This document shows, piece after piece, positions 62,770-64,000 of a stretch of DNA of 64,000 nt. The notes under the pieces were generated by a model, which made no database searches, had not been told where the DNA came from, and saw nothing but the letters and a program-made list of their open reading frames with translations. Source of the DNA: an uncultured delta proteobacterium (GTDB lineage Bacteria > Myxococcota > Kuafuiibacteriia > Kuafuiibacteriales > Kuafuiibacteriaceae). How positions within the stretch are numbered: position 1 is the stretch's first letter; the number at the start of each line of letters is the position of its first letter. The stretch covers positions 1,856,001 to 1,920,000 of the forward strand of contig CAWDML010000001.1 in NCBI GenBank assembly GCA_963803435.1, in the 5' to 3' direction. The position numbers were made by a program, and so were the translations under genes.

Positions 62770-63701
62770 TGCAACGCCTCGTCTTCTTCGGCGTGGACGG
62801 ACCGTTCTCGGCGTTGCCGCTGGAGGCGCTGGTGCGCGGCGATCTGCCACCTCTCCTCGTCGTCCACGGGATGGAGAGGTCCAACGCGCTTCGACCCACG
62901 GTCGATCGCCACCGCGCGCGTCCCGGCCTGCTGGGCCGACTTCACGTGAAGACGAAGAGCCCGCTGATCGAAGAAGCGAACCATCTCGGCATCGACGTCA
63001 TCGACACCGACGACGCCAACTGCGCAGCGGTGATGTCCGCGATCGAAAAGCTGCGCCCTGACGCGTTCGTGATCGCCGGCTTTCCGCACCTGCTGTCGAA
63101 GGCGCTGCTCTCGCGGTTTCGCATCGGCGGTCTCAACCTCCATCCGGGGCGCCTGCCTGCCGAGCGCGGGGCCGCGCCCCTCTTCTGGGCCCTCAAGGCG
63201 GGCCGGACCACGATCGGCTGGACGCTCCACATGGTCGACGAGCGCGAGGATGCCGGCGACGTGGTGGCGTCCGGCGAGATCTCCTTCACGCCGGGCCTGG
63301 ACGGACAGCAGGTCCTCCGGCGCTGCGCCGAGGCGGCGCTCCCATACTTGATGAGATCGGTGCGGGCGCTCCTGGCCGGCGATCTGGTGCGGATCCCGCA
63401 GAGCCACGCCGGCGTGGGCCGCTGTCCTCGCCCCGCGTTCCAGGACGGGAAGATCGACGCCGGGCGCCCGGCCGAGGCGGTCTTCACGTTCGTGGGCGGA
63501 TGCGCCTCGGGCTACAGCGTGTTCGCCGAGTGCGGCGGCGACCGCTTCTTCATCAAGCGGCCGGTCTCGTACGACCCAAACGCCACGCTCGCGTTCGAAT
63601 ACGTGCTCACCGGCGATCGCCTGATCCTCCGCTGCAACCCGGGCGTGGTGGAGCTCGAGCTCAAGGAGGAGGGCGCGCTCTTCACCGCCGAGTACTCGTA
63701 G
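62769..63701 (+). CDS. Formyltransferase (Fmt-like N-terminal domain)
   Basis: LNLHPGRLPAERGAAPLFWAL, GWTLHMVDEREDAGDVV; start overlaps the kinase stop. Confidence 0.82.
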   Translation: MQRLVFFGVDGPFSALPLEALVRGDLPPLLVVHGMERSNALRPTVDRHRARPGLLGRLHVKTKSPLIEEANHLGIDVIDTDDANCAAVMSAIEKLRPDAFVIAGFPHLLSKALLSRFRIGGLNLHPGRLPAERGAAPLFWALKAGRTTIGWTLHMVDEREDAGDVVASGEISFTPGLDGQQVLRRCAEAALPYLMRSVRALLAGDLVRIPQSHAGVGRCPRPAFQDGKIDAGRPAEAVFTFVGGCASGYSVFAECGGDRFFIKRPVSYDPNATLAFEYVLTGDRLILRCNPGVVELELKEEGALFTAEYS

Positions 63702-63751
63702 AGCACTCTGGCGATAGGAATTGGCGGACATCTGTGCCAGCGTCCCGCCCG

Positions 63752-64000
63752 ATGTCGGAGGGTCGAGACCTCAGGAGCGAGCGGCGCGCGAAGATCATCT
63801 GCACGCTCGGTCCCTCGACGGACGATCAGGCCACGGTCGTAGCGCTGCTCGCCGCCGGCATGGACGCGGCGCGCTTGAACCTCAGCTACGGCGAGCTCTC
63901 GGAGCACGTGCAGCGGATCCGCCAAGTCCGCGTGCTGTCGAGCGAGGCCAACCGGCGCCCGGTCTCGGTGATCGTCGACCTGCCGGGCCGAAAGGTGCGG
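63752..64000 (+). CDS. pyk: Pyruvate kinase-family protein, 5' part only
   Basis: Manual translation: RRAKIICTLGPST...AGMDAARLNLSYG...IVDLPGRKVR. Confidence 0.8.
   Translation, partial: MSEGRDLRSERRAKIICTLGPSTDDQATVVALLAAGMDAARLNLSYGELSEHVQRIRQVRVLSSEANRRPVSVIVDLPGRKVR

Noticed and set aside
63721-63738. Sigma-54 promoter upstream of pyk
   Set aside because: Spacing is GG-N11-GC, not the required N10.

Overview
High-GC (about 70%) bacterial chromosomal segment, most likely Myxococcota: it has several eukaryotic-type Ser/Thr kinases, PEGA, DUF4388 and ferritin-like proteins, a sigma-54 enhancer-binding protein and MutH. It holds about 47 CDSs, mixing housekeeping genes (plsY, dinB, fbp, mutH, tamA/tamB, rpe, rsmB, pyk, tRNA-Pro) with signalling, envelope and possible predation genes. 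Main observations: (1) a 753-bp element bounded by ~70-bp inverted repeats ending in CTAG that carries back-to-back 3' fragments of an IS1182-type transposase and a four-helix-bundle (IVS/Avd-like) gene; (2) all five frameshifts in the window are the same +1 change, GATC to GAATC, in a genome that encodes MutH, which points to GATC modification; (3) a divergent sigma-54 module in which two NtrC-like palindromes sit between a large modular DUF3380 muramidase and an MBL-hydrolase/GAF-bEBP operon; (4) an orphan SycD/LcrH-like chaperone translationally coupled to a large protein with a degenerate PP2C domain, a candidate secreted effector pair; (5) three sigma-54-like motifs, each exactly 14 nt before an ATG. 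All assignments come from motif recognition by eye; no database searches were run.
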